Shown here: piece after piece, positions 23,781-36,927 of the stretch
How positions within the stretch are numbered: the stretch's first letter is position 1
Layout of the letters: each line of letters starts with the position of its first letter
Source: Octopus bimaculoides
Taxonomy: Eukaryota
NCBI RefSeq assembly: GCF_001194135.2
Contig: NC_068986.1
Span: 73,815,939-73,879,938 of the forward strand
DNA length: 64,000 nucleotides
Direction: 5' to 3'
Program-made: the position numbers and the translations under genes
The notes under the pieces: model-generated
Told to the model about the DNA's origin: nothing
The model's input: only the letters and a program-made list of their open reading frames with translations
The model's database searches: none

Positions 23781-24699
23781 CAATGACGATGAGGGTATAT
23801 GCACACCCAGTTGTAACCATAGTAAAGGACATATGATATAATTATACCTTTTGAGCCTTAAGCATAATCAGTGTTATAATGATGGTTTCTCTCTTTCTCA
23901 TCCCTCTCTTTCACCTTCTCTCTCTCTCTCTAACACACACACACACATATACACACATACACATATCTGCATTTGTGAAATTATATTTTGATGAGCTGTT
24001 GTTAAACTTCATTTTTTTTAAATTTCAAATCTCAGGGAGACGCCTTTACTTTTTATTCCTTCAGGGTAAATAAAACAAAGACGATCTTTCGTTGGTTATA
24101 TACCTCTTTATCCCTCCAGAAATGTTCTTTTCTGAAAACCAAATGGATCAATGCTTAATCTTATGTTGCTAATAGAATTGATAAAAAACAAGGAAAAGCA
24201 CCCTTAGAAAAAAAAAAAATGGATCTATTAGAGGAAGCTATATGTACATACACACAAGCATGCACACATACACACACTTACACATACATATACATACATA
24301 AACATAAAGAAGAAAACAGTTTCATACATATTAGATTAATTATGTTTATTCTAAACCTCGTTATTGGAAATCCCTTTTATTTCCTTTTTTCCTTTTTTCC
24401 TCATTCATTTTTTTTTTCTATGATTCTTTCTTGTTAGCAACATAATACCGAAAAGGACTTCCCTCAGAATATAAAAGAAAAAATATTTTCCCAGAACAAC
24501 ACATGATTCCAGCAAAGTTTTAGCTAGTGTTTAGTTGAATAACTCATATACAAACAATACATGTTCAGCTTCCTCTGTCACATATGGCTTCTATTTCTAA
24601 CTCAATTTTTCGCTCTCTTCCTTTCATTTATTTTCGGTTTTTGTTTTACCATTTCTCAGCTGTCTTTTGTTTCCACTTGCACTTCTTTTCTTTTCAGAC

Positions 24700-24702
24700 C
24701 AC

Positions 24703-24758
<56 letters not shown>

Positions 24759-24771
24759 TNNNNNNNNNNTT

Positions 24772-24819
<48 letters not shown>

Positions 24820-24820
24820 T
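24700..24820. repeat. (CTTT)n tetranucleotide microsatellite spanning an N-gap
   Basis: Directly visible. Confidence 0.95.
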
Positions 24821-24844
24821 CCCCTCTCTCACTTTATATATATT

Positions 24845-25660
24845 CATTTTGCATGTTTCAGTCATTTGACTGCAGCCCTGCTGGAGCACCGCATTGAAGG
24901 GTTTTAGTCAAGCAAATCAACCCCCCAAGACTTATTTCTTAAGCCTAGTACTTATTATATCGGTCTCTTTTACTGAACCACTAAGCTATGGGAACATAAA
25001 TGCACCAACATCGGTTGTCAAGCAGTGATGGGGGGACAAACACAAAGACACACACAGATATATATATATGTATATACATACATACATACACACGGTGGGT
25101 TTCTTTCGGTTTCAGTCTACCAAATCTACTCACAAGGCTTTGGTAGGCCCGGGGCTATAGTAGAAGATATATTTGCTCAAGGTACCATGCAGTGGGACTG
25201 AACCCAGGACCATGTGGTTGGGAGGCAATCTTTTTACCACACATCTACACCTGTGTGTGTGTGTGTATCTCTATTCTTTTCTTCTCATCTTTTTACTTAC
25301 TTCAGTCATTGGACTGTGGCCATGCTGAGGCCACCCCCTTGAAGGGTTTAGTCAAGCAAATTCGCCCTAGTACTTCCTTTTTGAATCTGGTGCTTATTGT
25401 GTCAGTTTCTTTGGCTGAACCACTAAGTTGTAGGGATGCAAACAAACTAGCATCAGTTGTCAAGTGCACAATCACAAAGGCAAACACACACACATATATA
25501 TAGTTTCTGTCTACCAAATTCAATCACAAAACATTGGTTGGCTTCGGTCTATAATAGAAGACACTTGCCCAAGGTACCATGCTGTGGGCACTTACCCAAA
25601 GTACCATGCCCAATGTACTCAAAACCACATGGTTGCAAAGTGAGCTTCTTAATGACACAG
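24845..25660 (-). mobile_element. Two tandem family A SINEs (about 24845-25250 and 25280-25660)
   Basis: Each has the TTGTTTCAGTCATT / CTTACTTCAGTCATT tail complement and the CTATAGTAGAAGA / CTATAATAGAAGA motif. Confidence 0.75.
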
Positions 25661-26204
25661 CCATTCCTGACATATGTATGCATTCATATACATATATGCA
25701 TGTGTATACATGATGTCAGTTCTCTTGTGACTTAGGAAGACCATCACTATCAAATATAATATGTCGCTTTGAATTAATCATGCATTATCTTGTAACTTCG
25801 AGAGTTTAATAATGTGGCAGTTTATTTTTAGAAGGACATTGTAGAGTAGGTGTGAGAGGCCGGATTTGGTCAGTTTGAACATAAAGCAGGTAGAATATTT
25901 TAGTCAGCTATGGCCAGTTTGAAGGTGTGTGTCTCAGTGGTAGGAGCGTTGGGCTCACAATTATGAAGGACACATTCTTTGTAAGCCTAGTACTTATTCA
26001 ATCGGCCTCATTTTCCAAACCACTAAGTTATGGGGATGTAACCACACTAACACCGGTTGTCAAGTGGTGATGTGGGGGACAAACAAAGAAACTTTAATTT
26101 CATTAAGCCTTCTAAAGTCCCAATCAGAGGAATATAATGCTGAAAACAATTTTGAAAGTGGTCAAATTTAAAGGTGATCACTGTAGCACTAAAATGTAGC
26201 TATG

Positions 26205-26270
<66 letters not shown>

Positions 26271-27651
26271 TGTGCATACACACATAGCTGTATGCAGGTA
26301 TGTAGACACTCACACATGTAAACAATAAACATTAAAATCTGAGCTAAGTAGTGATGGTCTGTATTGAAAGTTAGTGAGTATAAACAATTGAAAAGACAAA
26401 AAAAAATCAGAGTGGGTGTGTTGAATAGACTCCTGACTTTTTTTTTGTGCTTGTGTGTTTTCGTTTTCTTTTTTATTTTTTAAGCTTCTTTCAGAATCCT
26501 TATATTTTCAGCCACAGAAATTATGACTTTACCTTGGAACAGCTTTTCAAAATTTTACATATCCATTCCATAAATTCTTTTGTTTTTCACATTTTTCAAA
26601 AATTTGAGGGGAATTCCAGGTGAAAAACGTAGCGATAATAATTTCTGAAAAAAAAAAAACAAAAAAAAAGAATCTGCTTTTAAAACTTCAATTATTTTAA
26701 AATCCCTAATCTCCCTCCCCAACTTTCAGAATACCTTCCTCACTCTTGTACCATCATTCTGCATATTTATAAACTTGACTGCTCATTTCCACATGCATGA
26801 ATGCTTGGCATTAAAACAGCAGACAAAATGAGGGAGGCCTTAGTGTAGTTGCTTGACATGCTTGAAATAACAGCCAAATGTTTGAGAAGAAGTTTTTTCC
26901 AAAATTTCAATCTTAAAAACCAACTCTTTTCCCAATTACCAGAATAACAATGCCCATTGTGCATGCATGGATGTCTGTTGAATAAGTAGATAATACAAGG
27001 CAGGCCTCAATGTGGTTGCTTGACATGCTAGAAATGACAGCCAATGCTTTGAAAAAAATGTTTTCCAAAATTCCATCCATTTTAAATCACTCATTACCTA
27101 ACAATATTTGAAATCCTTAACATTCATTCTCCACCCATTCTTATGATTTATTTGGTCTATTTTATTAGTTGTTATATAATATGACAATCTAATTTGAGTT
27201 ACTTGAAATGGTAATATCCCATGTCCAATAATATTATGTGGTATAATTCTCTCAGGTCACTTTGGTGATTAATGCAAATTCCTTATATTTCTATTCACAT
27301 GGGAGTCACTAAGTAAACTAATGAAGTCCCTACAGTCATTTGTTGCAAATTTTACTGGTTAAATTATTATTAAGAACAGATTCTGAATTGATGTTGAATT
27401 TGAATAGTGAAATAAAACAAAATGACAACAACTTAACTATTGGAACTAGATTTATTAACACCTATAAACTTTATTCAACTCTACATACAACATCAGTCAT
27501 TCTGGAAAGACAAGTCCTACAAAGTAATTAAAATTGTGTTTGAATTTCCCTGACCATATAACCATTGTCAGCCAGTGATTGAATATTACCTATACTGGTG
27601 AAACTTGCAGACTACTGATATAGTTAAAATGTTCACTTCAGTTTGCAATCA

Positions 27652-27995
27652 TAGGTGCAGGGGTGGTTAAATGGCAAGAAGTTTTCTTCCAAACCTTATG
27701 GTTCCTTGTTCATCCCCACTGCGTGATATTTTGGACAAGTATTTTCTACTATGACCTTGGGCCAGCCAAAGCCTTGTGAGTGAATCTGGTCAATGGAAAC
27801 TGAAAAAATCCCATTGTATATATATAAATATATATATATATCTGGAGAATCTACTAGAATAGATGCAAGTGCTAATATATGATTTATAAAAGCATGTGAC
27901 ATATTAATAAAAATCTGTAAATTTACAACCATCCAGATATCTGAGTACCTTATTTTTTCTAATATATAATTCCTGTATATCAACTCCAAACCTCC

Positions 27996-28040
<45 letters not shown>

Positions 28041-28270
28041 AATAAGTGTGTGTTTTTGTGTCTGTGTTTCTGTGTTTGTCCCCCACCACCACTTGACAAC
28101 TGGTGCTGGTGTGTTTATACCCCTGTAACTTAGTAGTTCAGCAAAAGTGATGATAGAATAAGTGGCAGGCTTAAAAAAAAATATTTCTGATGCCACTTGA
28201 TTTGACTAAGAAGTTCTTCAAAGTGGTGTCCCAGCATGGACACAGTCTAATGACTGAAACAAGTAAAAGA
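27652..28270 (+). mobile_element. Family A SINE with ~170 bp of extra sequence in its central microsatellite
   Basis: Head AGGTGCAGGGGTGG at 27652; body resumes at the (CA)n/TGTTTGTCCCC block; tail TAATGACTGAAACAAGTAAAAG. Confidence 0.7.
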
Positions 28271-28489
28271 TGTGGTTCTGAGTTCAGTCCCACTGAGTGA
28301 CACATTTTGGGTCCTTTCTACCATAGTTTTGAATTGAACAAAACTTTGTGAATAAATATGGGTTGGCAGAATCTTTTTGAAAGCTCACTGGATGGACTGA
28401 ATCTGTTCTTGCTTGGAAACAGGTGATGGTTGCTGTCAAGAAGGGTATCTGGCAACAAGAAAAACCACTTCAATTAGTTCCATCTAACC

Positions 28490-28852
28490 TGGGATCCATA
28501 CCACCCTTGAAGGGTCCATATTAAATTTCTGGTGGTCCATGCAAGCAAAATAATAAATTGGAGAGCCACAGTAGTATTTTAGGGGTCCATGAAAAAATGT
28601 TGCTTTAGATGTATTTATAGCATGAAATAGCTCAGTTTCTTTCTCTAATGTTTGGCATAGTTCAAACTACACAAGTGAATGTTTGAAAATAAAAATAGGA
28701 ATTTTGAAAGAAGTATCAAATGACTGTGGGGATCGTAGCTTGCTTACCAACCACATGGCTCCGGGTTCAGTCCCGCTGCGTGGCATCTTGGGCAAGTGTC
28801 TTCTACTATATCCTCGGGCCAACCAAAGCCTTGTGAGTGAAAGAAGCCCATC

Positions 28853-28900
<48 letters not shown>

Positions 28901-29146
28901 TTGTGTGTCTGTGTTTGTTCCCCCACCATCGCTTGACAACTGATGCTGGTGTGTTTACGTCCCCGTAACTTAGCGGTGCGGCAAAAAGAGACCGATAGAA
29001 TAAGTACTAGGCTTACAAAGAATAAGTCCTGGGGTCCATTTTCTCAACTAAAAGCGGTGCTCCAGCATGGCCATAGTCAAATGACTGAAACAAGTAAAAG
29101 AGTAAAAGAGCAATCAAAGGGGTCCATAGATAGAAAAAATGGTTGA
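28490..29146. mobile_element. hAT-like MITE interrupted by a 5'-truncated family A SINE (28737-29110)
   Basis: Sequence matches 30270-30545; right end AATGGTTGAGAACCATTG resumes after the SINE tail. Confidence 0.65.
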
Positions 29147-30269
29147 GAACCATTGAGGGCACTAAAACAACAATGATGATGATGAGCTCAATGGTTGTGT
29201 TAGGTTTTCTGTAATTTCAATGTTTAAGTTACCACATGTTGTTATACACAAAACTGGTGCTATTATAAATGGGTATTACTTAATGTGTTACTTATTTGCT
29301 TGATCACTGAATTGATTTATTTTATGAAAATAGTACATGTTAATATCTTCTACAATTGTTGTTCAAAATTTAATCTTGCATTATTTTCTTATGATTTCTA
29401 CAGAAAAACATATTTCTTTAATTATTTGTTGAAAAGCAGTGCATAAAACTTCAAAAGGCACTTCTAAACACACTTCTAGATTGCCTTGGTCAAAGATGAG
29501 CTGTATATCAAGCTTTTGCAGAGCCTCCAATATTGGTCAGGGGAAATGTAATTTTGGATCAGAGACTAGAACCCATCATATATATATATCATATGTTGCA
29601 TGTGTGTGTGTGTGTGTATGTGTTACTGTTTCCGTGCCATTTTTTTACACCTAAAGAACCATTCTGTCCTTGAGAAAGGTGACTATCTCTGAGATCGAAT
29701 AAACAAATCTACCTGAAATTAGAAGCAGTGGTTGCAAGGAATGGCTTTTAATAAACAGACTTTTCAATATCCCTCTGTAAATATTCGCTTTGTTGAATAA
29801 ATTAATGGCTCTTATTCAACACACACTCTACAGCACTTAGTTCCGATAATTCCCAGTCTCTCTTGACCTTGAAGCTTTATGAAATCAATTAACTTTCTCT
29901 GATCAATCCAAAACACACCTACTTTCTTGTATGAATGCCTACTATGATGCAAAGGAACTTTAAAGAATTCTTCATTGAACATCTATTCACCAAAATCAAA
30001 AGAGAGATAGAGGTGGAATTGAAATATAGCAATGAAAATGAAGAGACGGCTGAATACAGTGTACTTTGCCGTCACATTTAGCTTAAATGGAGTAAGTGAA
30101 ACATGAGTTTCTTCCATTATTCAGTATCCACTTGTATTAACTACTCTTATATAGTCAATTAGTACTGAAAAATCGTGGTTTCACTTTAGAACTCTTCAAA
30201 TAAATGTTAGTATTCTTAGCTCACTACATGTTAAATGAATGATCTTTCTAAGAAACTATTTTCAGTTGG

Positions 30270-30545
30270 GCCTGTTTAAATTGGGAACCCAAAATAGTAT
30301 TTTAAGGACCCCTGAAAAATTTTGCTTCAGATGTATGTATTTGTATGTATTGCAAGAAACACTAGGTTTCTTTTTCTAACATTTTACATAGTTCAACCTA
30401 CACAAATTAATGTGTGAAAAACAAAGTAGAAATTTTGGAATAAGTTTCTATAAAACATCAAATCACTCTAGGGAGCTCGGTGTCCACCAGAATAAAATAG
30501 TAATCAAAGAGATCCATAGATTAAAAAATGGTTGAGAACCCCTGG
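30270..30545. mobile_element. hAT-like MITE (partial)
   Basis: Ends ATGGTTGAGAACCCCTG, the reverse complement of a CAGGGGTTCTCAAC terminus typical of hAT MITEs. Confidence 0.65.
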
Positions 30546-31537
30546 TGTAAAGGAATTAGCTTAAATACTGCAAACCATTTTGTCTCATATTCTGCCAAAT
30601 GTGCCAAGATCATTAATGGTTTCCAGGTAATTATCATTTCTGTAATAGGTGAGCTGGTACTTAGAACATCAGTAATGACTTCTAGTTAGTTAACTCTTCG
30701 GTAAAAGGTGAATTTGTCTCTGGAAGATCATTAACGAATTCTGGGCAGTTAATAGCCATTACTTGACCATTCTAAACAAATTGATACCTACAAATTCTCT
30801 TGGATGGTTTACTGTTGTTGTGGCTCAGGCATTTAGCAATTATTGATCTAATATATTCATTAAGTCCATTTGTTATTTTAGTGTTAGATAGAACAATGAA
30901 ATGTTTATTTCTAATTAAAAAGCCAAAACTGTAAATTTCCATTTGATTTATATGAAAAATTTATTTGACATTAAATGTTTAGATTTAAGTAACAATATAT
31001 ATAAATATNNNNNNNNNNNNNNNNNNNNNNNNNNNNNNNNNNNNNNNNNNNNNNNNNNNNNNNNNNNNNNNNNNNNNNNNNNNNNNNNNNNNNNNNNNNN
31101 NNNNNNNNNNNNNNNNNNNNNNNNNNNNNNNNNNNNNNNNNNNNNNNNNNNNNNNNNNNNNNNNNNNNNNNNNNNNNNNNNNNNNNNNNNNNNNNNNNNN
31201 NNNNNNNNNNNNNNNNNNNNNNNNNNNNNNNNNNNNNNNNNNNNNNNNNNNNNNNNNNNNNNNNNNNNNNNNNNNNNNNNNNNNNNNNNNNNNNNNNNNN
31301 NNNNNNNNNNNNNNNNNNNNNNNNNNNNNNNNNNNNNNNNNNNNNNNNNNNNNNNNNNNNNNNNNNNNNNNNNNNNNNNNNNNNNNNNNNNNNNNNNNNN
31401 NNNNNNNNNNNNNNNNNNNNNNNNNNNNNNNNNNNNNNNNNNNNNNNNNNNNNNNNNNNNNNNNNNNNNNNNNNNATATATATATATATATATACGATAT
31501 GTGTATTTGTGTGTGTGTGTGTGTACGTGTACACACA

Positions 31538-31698
31538 GCTGTGTGGTAAAGAGCTTGCTTCCCAACCACATAGTTCAGGGTTCAGTCCCACTGTGTGGCA
31601 CCTTGCACAAGTGTCTTCTACTATAGTCTTGAGCCAACCAAAGCCTTGACAGTAGATTTGGTAGATGGAAATTGAAAGAAACCTCTTGTATGTATGTA

Positions 31699-31732
<34 letters not shown>

Positions 31733-31921
31733 CTATGTGAGTATGTATCTTTGTGTTTATCTTCCATCACTGCCTGACAACCAGTGTTTGTGTGTTTACA
31801 TCCCCGTAACTTAGTGGTTCAGCAAAAAGTCCGATAGAATAAGTACTAGGCTTAAACAAAAATAAGTCCTGGGGTCAATTTGTTTTGACTAAAACTCTTC
31901 AAGGTGGTGTCACAGTTAAAT
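31538..31921 (+). mobile_element. tRNA-derived SINE, family A
   Basis: GCTGTGTGGTAAAGAGCTTGCTTCCCAACC ... GGGTTCAGTCCC ... GAATAAGTACTAGGC. Confidence 0.8.
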
Positions 31922-32109
31922 GCCTGAAGCAAGTAAATGATAAACGAAGTAATAAATATTAATGTGTAACACACCGATTTCAAGTTACTGAAGTTGTTTC
32001 CTTTGAATGACTTTCGAAATTATTTGATATGGACTCTAATTGCTGTTGGAGTCATTTTGTTTATGTTCTGCTGTTTTCTTAGTCTCATAATGCTTAACTA
32101 ATGTTTTCA

Positions 32110-32512
32110 TTCTTTTGTTCTTTTACTTGTGTCGGTCATTAGACTGTGGCCATGCTGGGGCACCACCTAGAAGAATTTTTTAGTGGAATGAATCGACCCC
32201 CAGTACTTAATTTTTTAAGCCTGGTACTTATTGGGCTCTTTTACCATGAAGTTACGGGGACATAAACACACTAACACCAGTTGTTAAGTGGTGATGGGGG
32301 ACAAACACAGACACAAAGACATACACATAACTATAAACATATATATATATATATGATGGGCTTCTCTCAGTTTCCATCTACCTAATCCACTCACAAGGCT
32401 TTGGTTGGCCCAAGGCTAAAGTAGAAGACACTTGTCCAAGGTTCCACGCAGTGGGACTGAACCCAGAACCATGTGGCTGGCAAGCAAGTTTCTTACCACA
32501 CAGCCACACCTG
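32110..32512 (-). mobile_element. tRNA-derived SINE, family A
   Basis: Reverse-orientation copy, ending TTACCACACAGCCACACCTG. Confidence 0.8.
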
Positions 32513-33666
32513 TACATATCATGTTCATAAATTTTGATGTTCAAATTAATTCTCTCCTTTTTCTCATTGGTAAATCTAATCAATATATATATAATACACT
32601 ATGTGTCATCAATATATATTTGATATGCTATATGTATTTGTATATGCACTTATTCCACTATTCATTATTTTAGTTCATATATTTCATTATATTACATCAT
32701 TACCTTTTATTTTCAACTTACTGAGAGGTATCACATACTCAACTTTAGCCTATTTACTTATTACACTGCGTGCATGTTTTTCCTCCTTTAAGCAGAACAA
32801 AAAAAAAAAAAAAAAAAAANNNNNNNNNNAAAAAAAAAAAAAAAAAAAAATTCAGAAGGCCAAGTTGGTGCCTCCTTATGTCTATAGAAGAAATATTTTT
32901 CTTCAGGAACTTTTGCAGTGAATATGACTAATAATGCTTATTATGTACATTTGTATCCTTTGCATGGAATGTGTCAGATATGTTGTAAATGTGCAGCTTT
33001 AGCATAAACTAAATCTGCTGTCCCTGGAAAACCTTTTGAAAATGTCTGTAACCTGTTTGTAAGATCATGTTTCCATGAACTTACAATAACAAAATACCAA
33101 AATATATACATATTATGTATATATTTTGGTATTTTTGAATGTATATACATGTGCAACATTTGTGAAATTAGGTAGAGCATTTATTGTAGAAAAATAACAT
33201 AATGTAGATAATGAGTGAATCATTGACTACAACATTTTTTCATATATATATATTCGTTTCAATTTTTTTTAGAAAGCCAGCGATTTGGTGGGAGGGGGTA
33301 GGTCAATGACATTGCCCCAGTGCTCGACTGGTACTTACTTTATCAACTCTGAAAGGATGAAAGGCAAAGCTGACTGCAATGGAATTTGAACTCTGAATGT
33401 AAAAATAAGATGAAATGCTGCTAAGCATTTTGTCCGGTGTGCAAATGATTCTACCAGCTTGCCACCTAGAGAACATATTATACATGTTAAAAGTAATCAA
33501 ACCTGTATAATATTTGTGGAATGACGTGTATAATTTTATTAAGGCAGCGAGCTGGCAGAAATGTTANNNNNNNNNNNNNNNNNNNNNNNNNNNNNNNNNN
33601 NNNNNNNNNNNNNNNNNNNNNNNNNNNNNNNNNNNNNNNNNNNNNNNNNNNNNNNNNNNNNNNNNN

Positions 33667-34037
33667 TGTGTGGTAAGTAGCTTGCTTACAAACCACATGG
33701 TTCCAGGTTCAGTCCTACTGTGTAGCACCTTGGACAAGTGTCTTCTACTACAGCCTAGGACAGACCAAAGCCTTGTGAGTGGATTTGGTAGAGAGAAACT
33801 GAAAGAAGTCCATTGTAGATATGTATGTGTGTGTTTGCGTGTCTGTGTTTCTCGCCCCATCATCACTTGACAACCAATCTTGGTGTGTTTACATCCCTGT
33901 AACTTAGTGATTTGGCAAAAGCGACTGATAGAATAAATACTAGGCTTACAAAGAATAAGTCCTGAGGTTGACTTGTTTGACTAAAGAGGTGGTTCTCCAG
34001 CATGGCTGCAGTCAAATGACTGAAACAAATAAAAGAA
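33667..34037 (+). mobile_element. tRNA-derived SINE, family A
   Basis: Starts at a gap edge; standard family A body and tail. Confidence 0.8.
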
Positions 34038-36927
34038 TATATATTGGTAAAAACAAGGTAAAGGTCATTAATTTAAAGTACATTTAAGAATAACAATGGA
34101 ACATTTACTGATACTGAGAGTAGAGTCAAATTTGTGAAAATTAGTTCTACTGAGACTTCACCACACACACACACACACACACACACAAATGTGCGTGTTT
34201 ACGTATGTGTGTATGTTGTAGACAGTGAGATGTGATTTGGGGTGGGGGATTTGACTACAATTTCTTGCAACCTAATGGAGTTTTCTCTTGCTGGTTCATA
34301 CTTACGTATGTATATTCAATAGTCACTAAAAAAATATTGCTATTGAATAGATTGCTATTTTTTGTCTTTTTCCTTTTTTTGGTGCAATCATTGGCATCAA
34401 TTCTGATTTAAAAGGTCTTATTTGGTTATTCTGATGTCTGTGTTTAATATAAGAAGCATAGATGATATATCTGTTCTGTTTTTATTTGACAGTTGGATAT
34501 GTAAAGATATGTCTGTCTTCAAGCTAGAAAACAATTTCATTCTCAAATAGGAACAGGCATGGCTTTGTGGTCTGGAGCTTGCTTATCAACCATATGGTTC
34601 ACTGTTTAGCCCTTCTGCATGGCACCTTGGGCAAGTGTCTGCTTGGGCAAGTGTCTTCAATTCATTCGACTAAAATATCTTCAAGGTGGTGCCCTAGGAT
34701 GTCTGCTGTCTAATGAGTGAAACATTTAGAAGATACATAGGGAGGCTATATTGAGTTGCTTACAATTGATTGCCTCCTTGAAAATTTTTTAACCCCTACT
34801 CACTTTCTAATAGAGGAATCTAGGAAACAGAAATTGCTAACTGTTCAGTAAAAGCAGAAACGAAAGCAGTATGATACTAGGGTACACCAATAGCTAGAGT
34901 AATTTAAATCTTTCCAAATGACAATAAAAGATTCAAAAGCAGAAAAGCAAAGGAATACTATAACTACACCATGCAATCGAACTGGATCAGTTATATGGTT
35001 GGGTTACACTCATGTCGGCTACTTGACCCTTTCAAATAATAATACAAATATAAGATTCAGATTGCATTATTTTTGCTACAAAATTTACTGCAGAATCAAA
35101 TAGATTTAAATCATCTTTGGATTCTGTTAAGGAAATTCCATGGAAAAAGAGTTTTCTATTTACCAGTAGTCTTTTAAATCTAGAATTGTTCCAGTAATGA
35201 AAAAAATCTCATTAAAATAATTGAAAATATTCTCCTAAATGAAAATAGTAGCATAAAAGAAAAATGACTTGTGTGAATGCTACAAAAAATACCATATCAT
35301 TTATAGGGAAAAACTAAACCATTTTTTGAGTCAGGAATTGGTACAAATATATTTGTTAAGACACAAATAAACTATCAATGTCACCATTATATTTGCTCAA
35401 GTCCCTTATTAAAAGCTTTGTAATGAAGTATTCATCCAAGTAATGCTGTAGCTATTTACTCCTGAAAGCCTTCTTCCTCTGCATGATTGAGCTCTCATAT
35501 GAAACTCTTCCCTGTTAAATAGTATGGATCATGTGACCATTGGGCTGAGTCACATGACACAGTATGCAAAATTGGCAGTGCTGCAACACCATAAATATCA
35601 ATTCTCTTCTTTCTCTTTTATAAAGTATTTGACTTCTGGTATAGACATGGATTCATTTTCAAACTCATCTTTTGTTGTAGAAGCCACCTGCATCGTTGAA
35701 GCCAATTGCATTTCTAGATAATATAAAGATAGTAGTAGAAAGAGAAAAGCAGTGGAGAAGGACAAGAAGAGTGATAGTAGTGGAAGAAAAGAGAAAGAAA
35801 TAGTGTTTGCATTGAGAAAGGGAATAATATTTATTTTATATTCAAGTATCTCTGCTATTATTTCTATCTATTTAGTAGGTTATTATATTGAGCATACACT
35901 AGAGTACAACATCAGTGGTGATCACAGCTGTAATGAAGAAAGTAAGGAAGTCTCAGATGTATTCTTTCAGAGAAGACTTATTATGAAATAAGACAGCTAA
36001 CAAATGTGTAAATTATGAATTAAGAGGTCAAATTTAGTTTCAGAAGTGTTCCAAGCATATTAATCTAAATTTCAGATCATTACAATAATCATGGATGGAG
36101 AATAACAAATTGTCCCATCATTTCAATAATATCTCATCAGTAATTATAATACAGTTTTGTTTGTTTGGTCCGTTTTCCTGGTTGTCTGTAATCAGAATTG
36201 ATTAATTACAGATCTCGTAGACTGTGGGTTGGACAGAATATTTGATCATATGAAGTATTTTAAAATTAAACACTATGTTGATTATCTAAACAAAAAAACA
36301 AAATGTAAAAAAAAAAAAAAAAATATATGTTGATTTTGGGAACAACTTTTAAAACTTGATGCAGACTTTGCACAAGAGGGAACAGTAATGACCCTGTTTT
36401 ATCATAAAAGTTAAATTAATATAATTGAAATGAAAAATTTTGCAGTAAAGTAGCAAAGTTGTTTCCTCATAAAAATCATATTTGTCACTCATATTGCAAA
36501 ATTAATTGTACATTAATTATTACAATTACTACATGTAGTTCTGTGTATAATCTATTCACAGAATATTATTAGAAAGGATCTTGTTATATGTTACTGTGTT
36601 CCACAATCCTCTCTGTAACGACACTAAGTTACATCAAGCCATGATGCACTCCAATTATCTAGTCTTAATTCTGAGATACTACCATGACCATATTCCAATT
36701 ACACTACTTTCTGTGATCTTCCTTCCTCTTCTGCATTATCAGACTAGTTATGGACTTCTCCTCAAGTGTTCATAAAGTTTGTAATAAATAAATATAAAAT
36801 AATAATTCTGTCTTTGTCCTTTCAACATGTATCTAACTCACTTTCAACTGCTTCATCTTATTGGGTTGAACACCTTACTAGAATGGTAGATTACAAGTTA
36901 CCTAAGCAGTATGGTAAATGTCCTAGA

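Noticed and set aside
24030-24130. Strong plus-strand acceptors (CCTTCAG|G|GTAAAT and CCCTCCAG)
   Set aside because: They would imply a 1-nt exon or exons closed in all frames; T-rich DNA produces such sites by chance and there is no independent support.
29930-30095. 49-aa plus-strand frame (MPTMMQRNFKEFFIEHLFTKIKREIEVELKY...) near a GTAAGT donor
   Set aside because: A stop lies before the donor, there is no acceptor, and I recognise no family; it may be a decayed LINE remnant.
30600-30740. AAGATCATTA twice, resembling the 18S/ITS1 boundary, plus CAG|GTAATT and TAG|GTGAGC sites
   Set aside because: There is no flanking 18S similarity, and the pyrimidine tracts are too weak to distinguish from chance.
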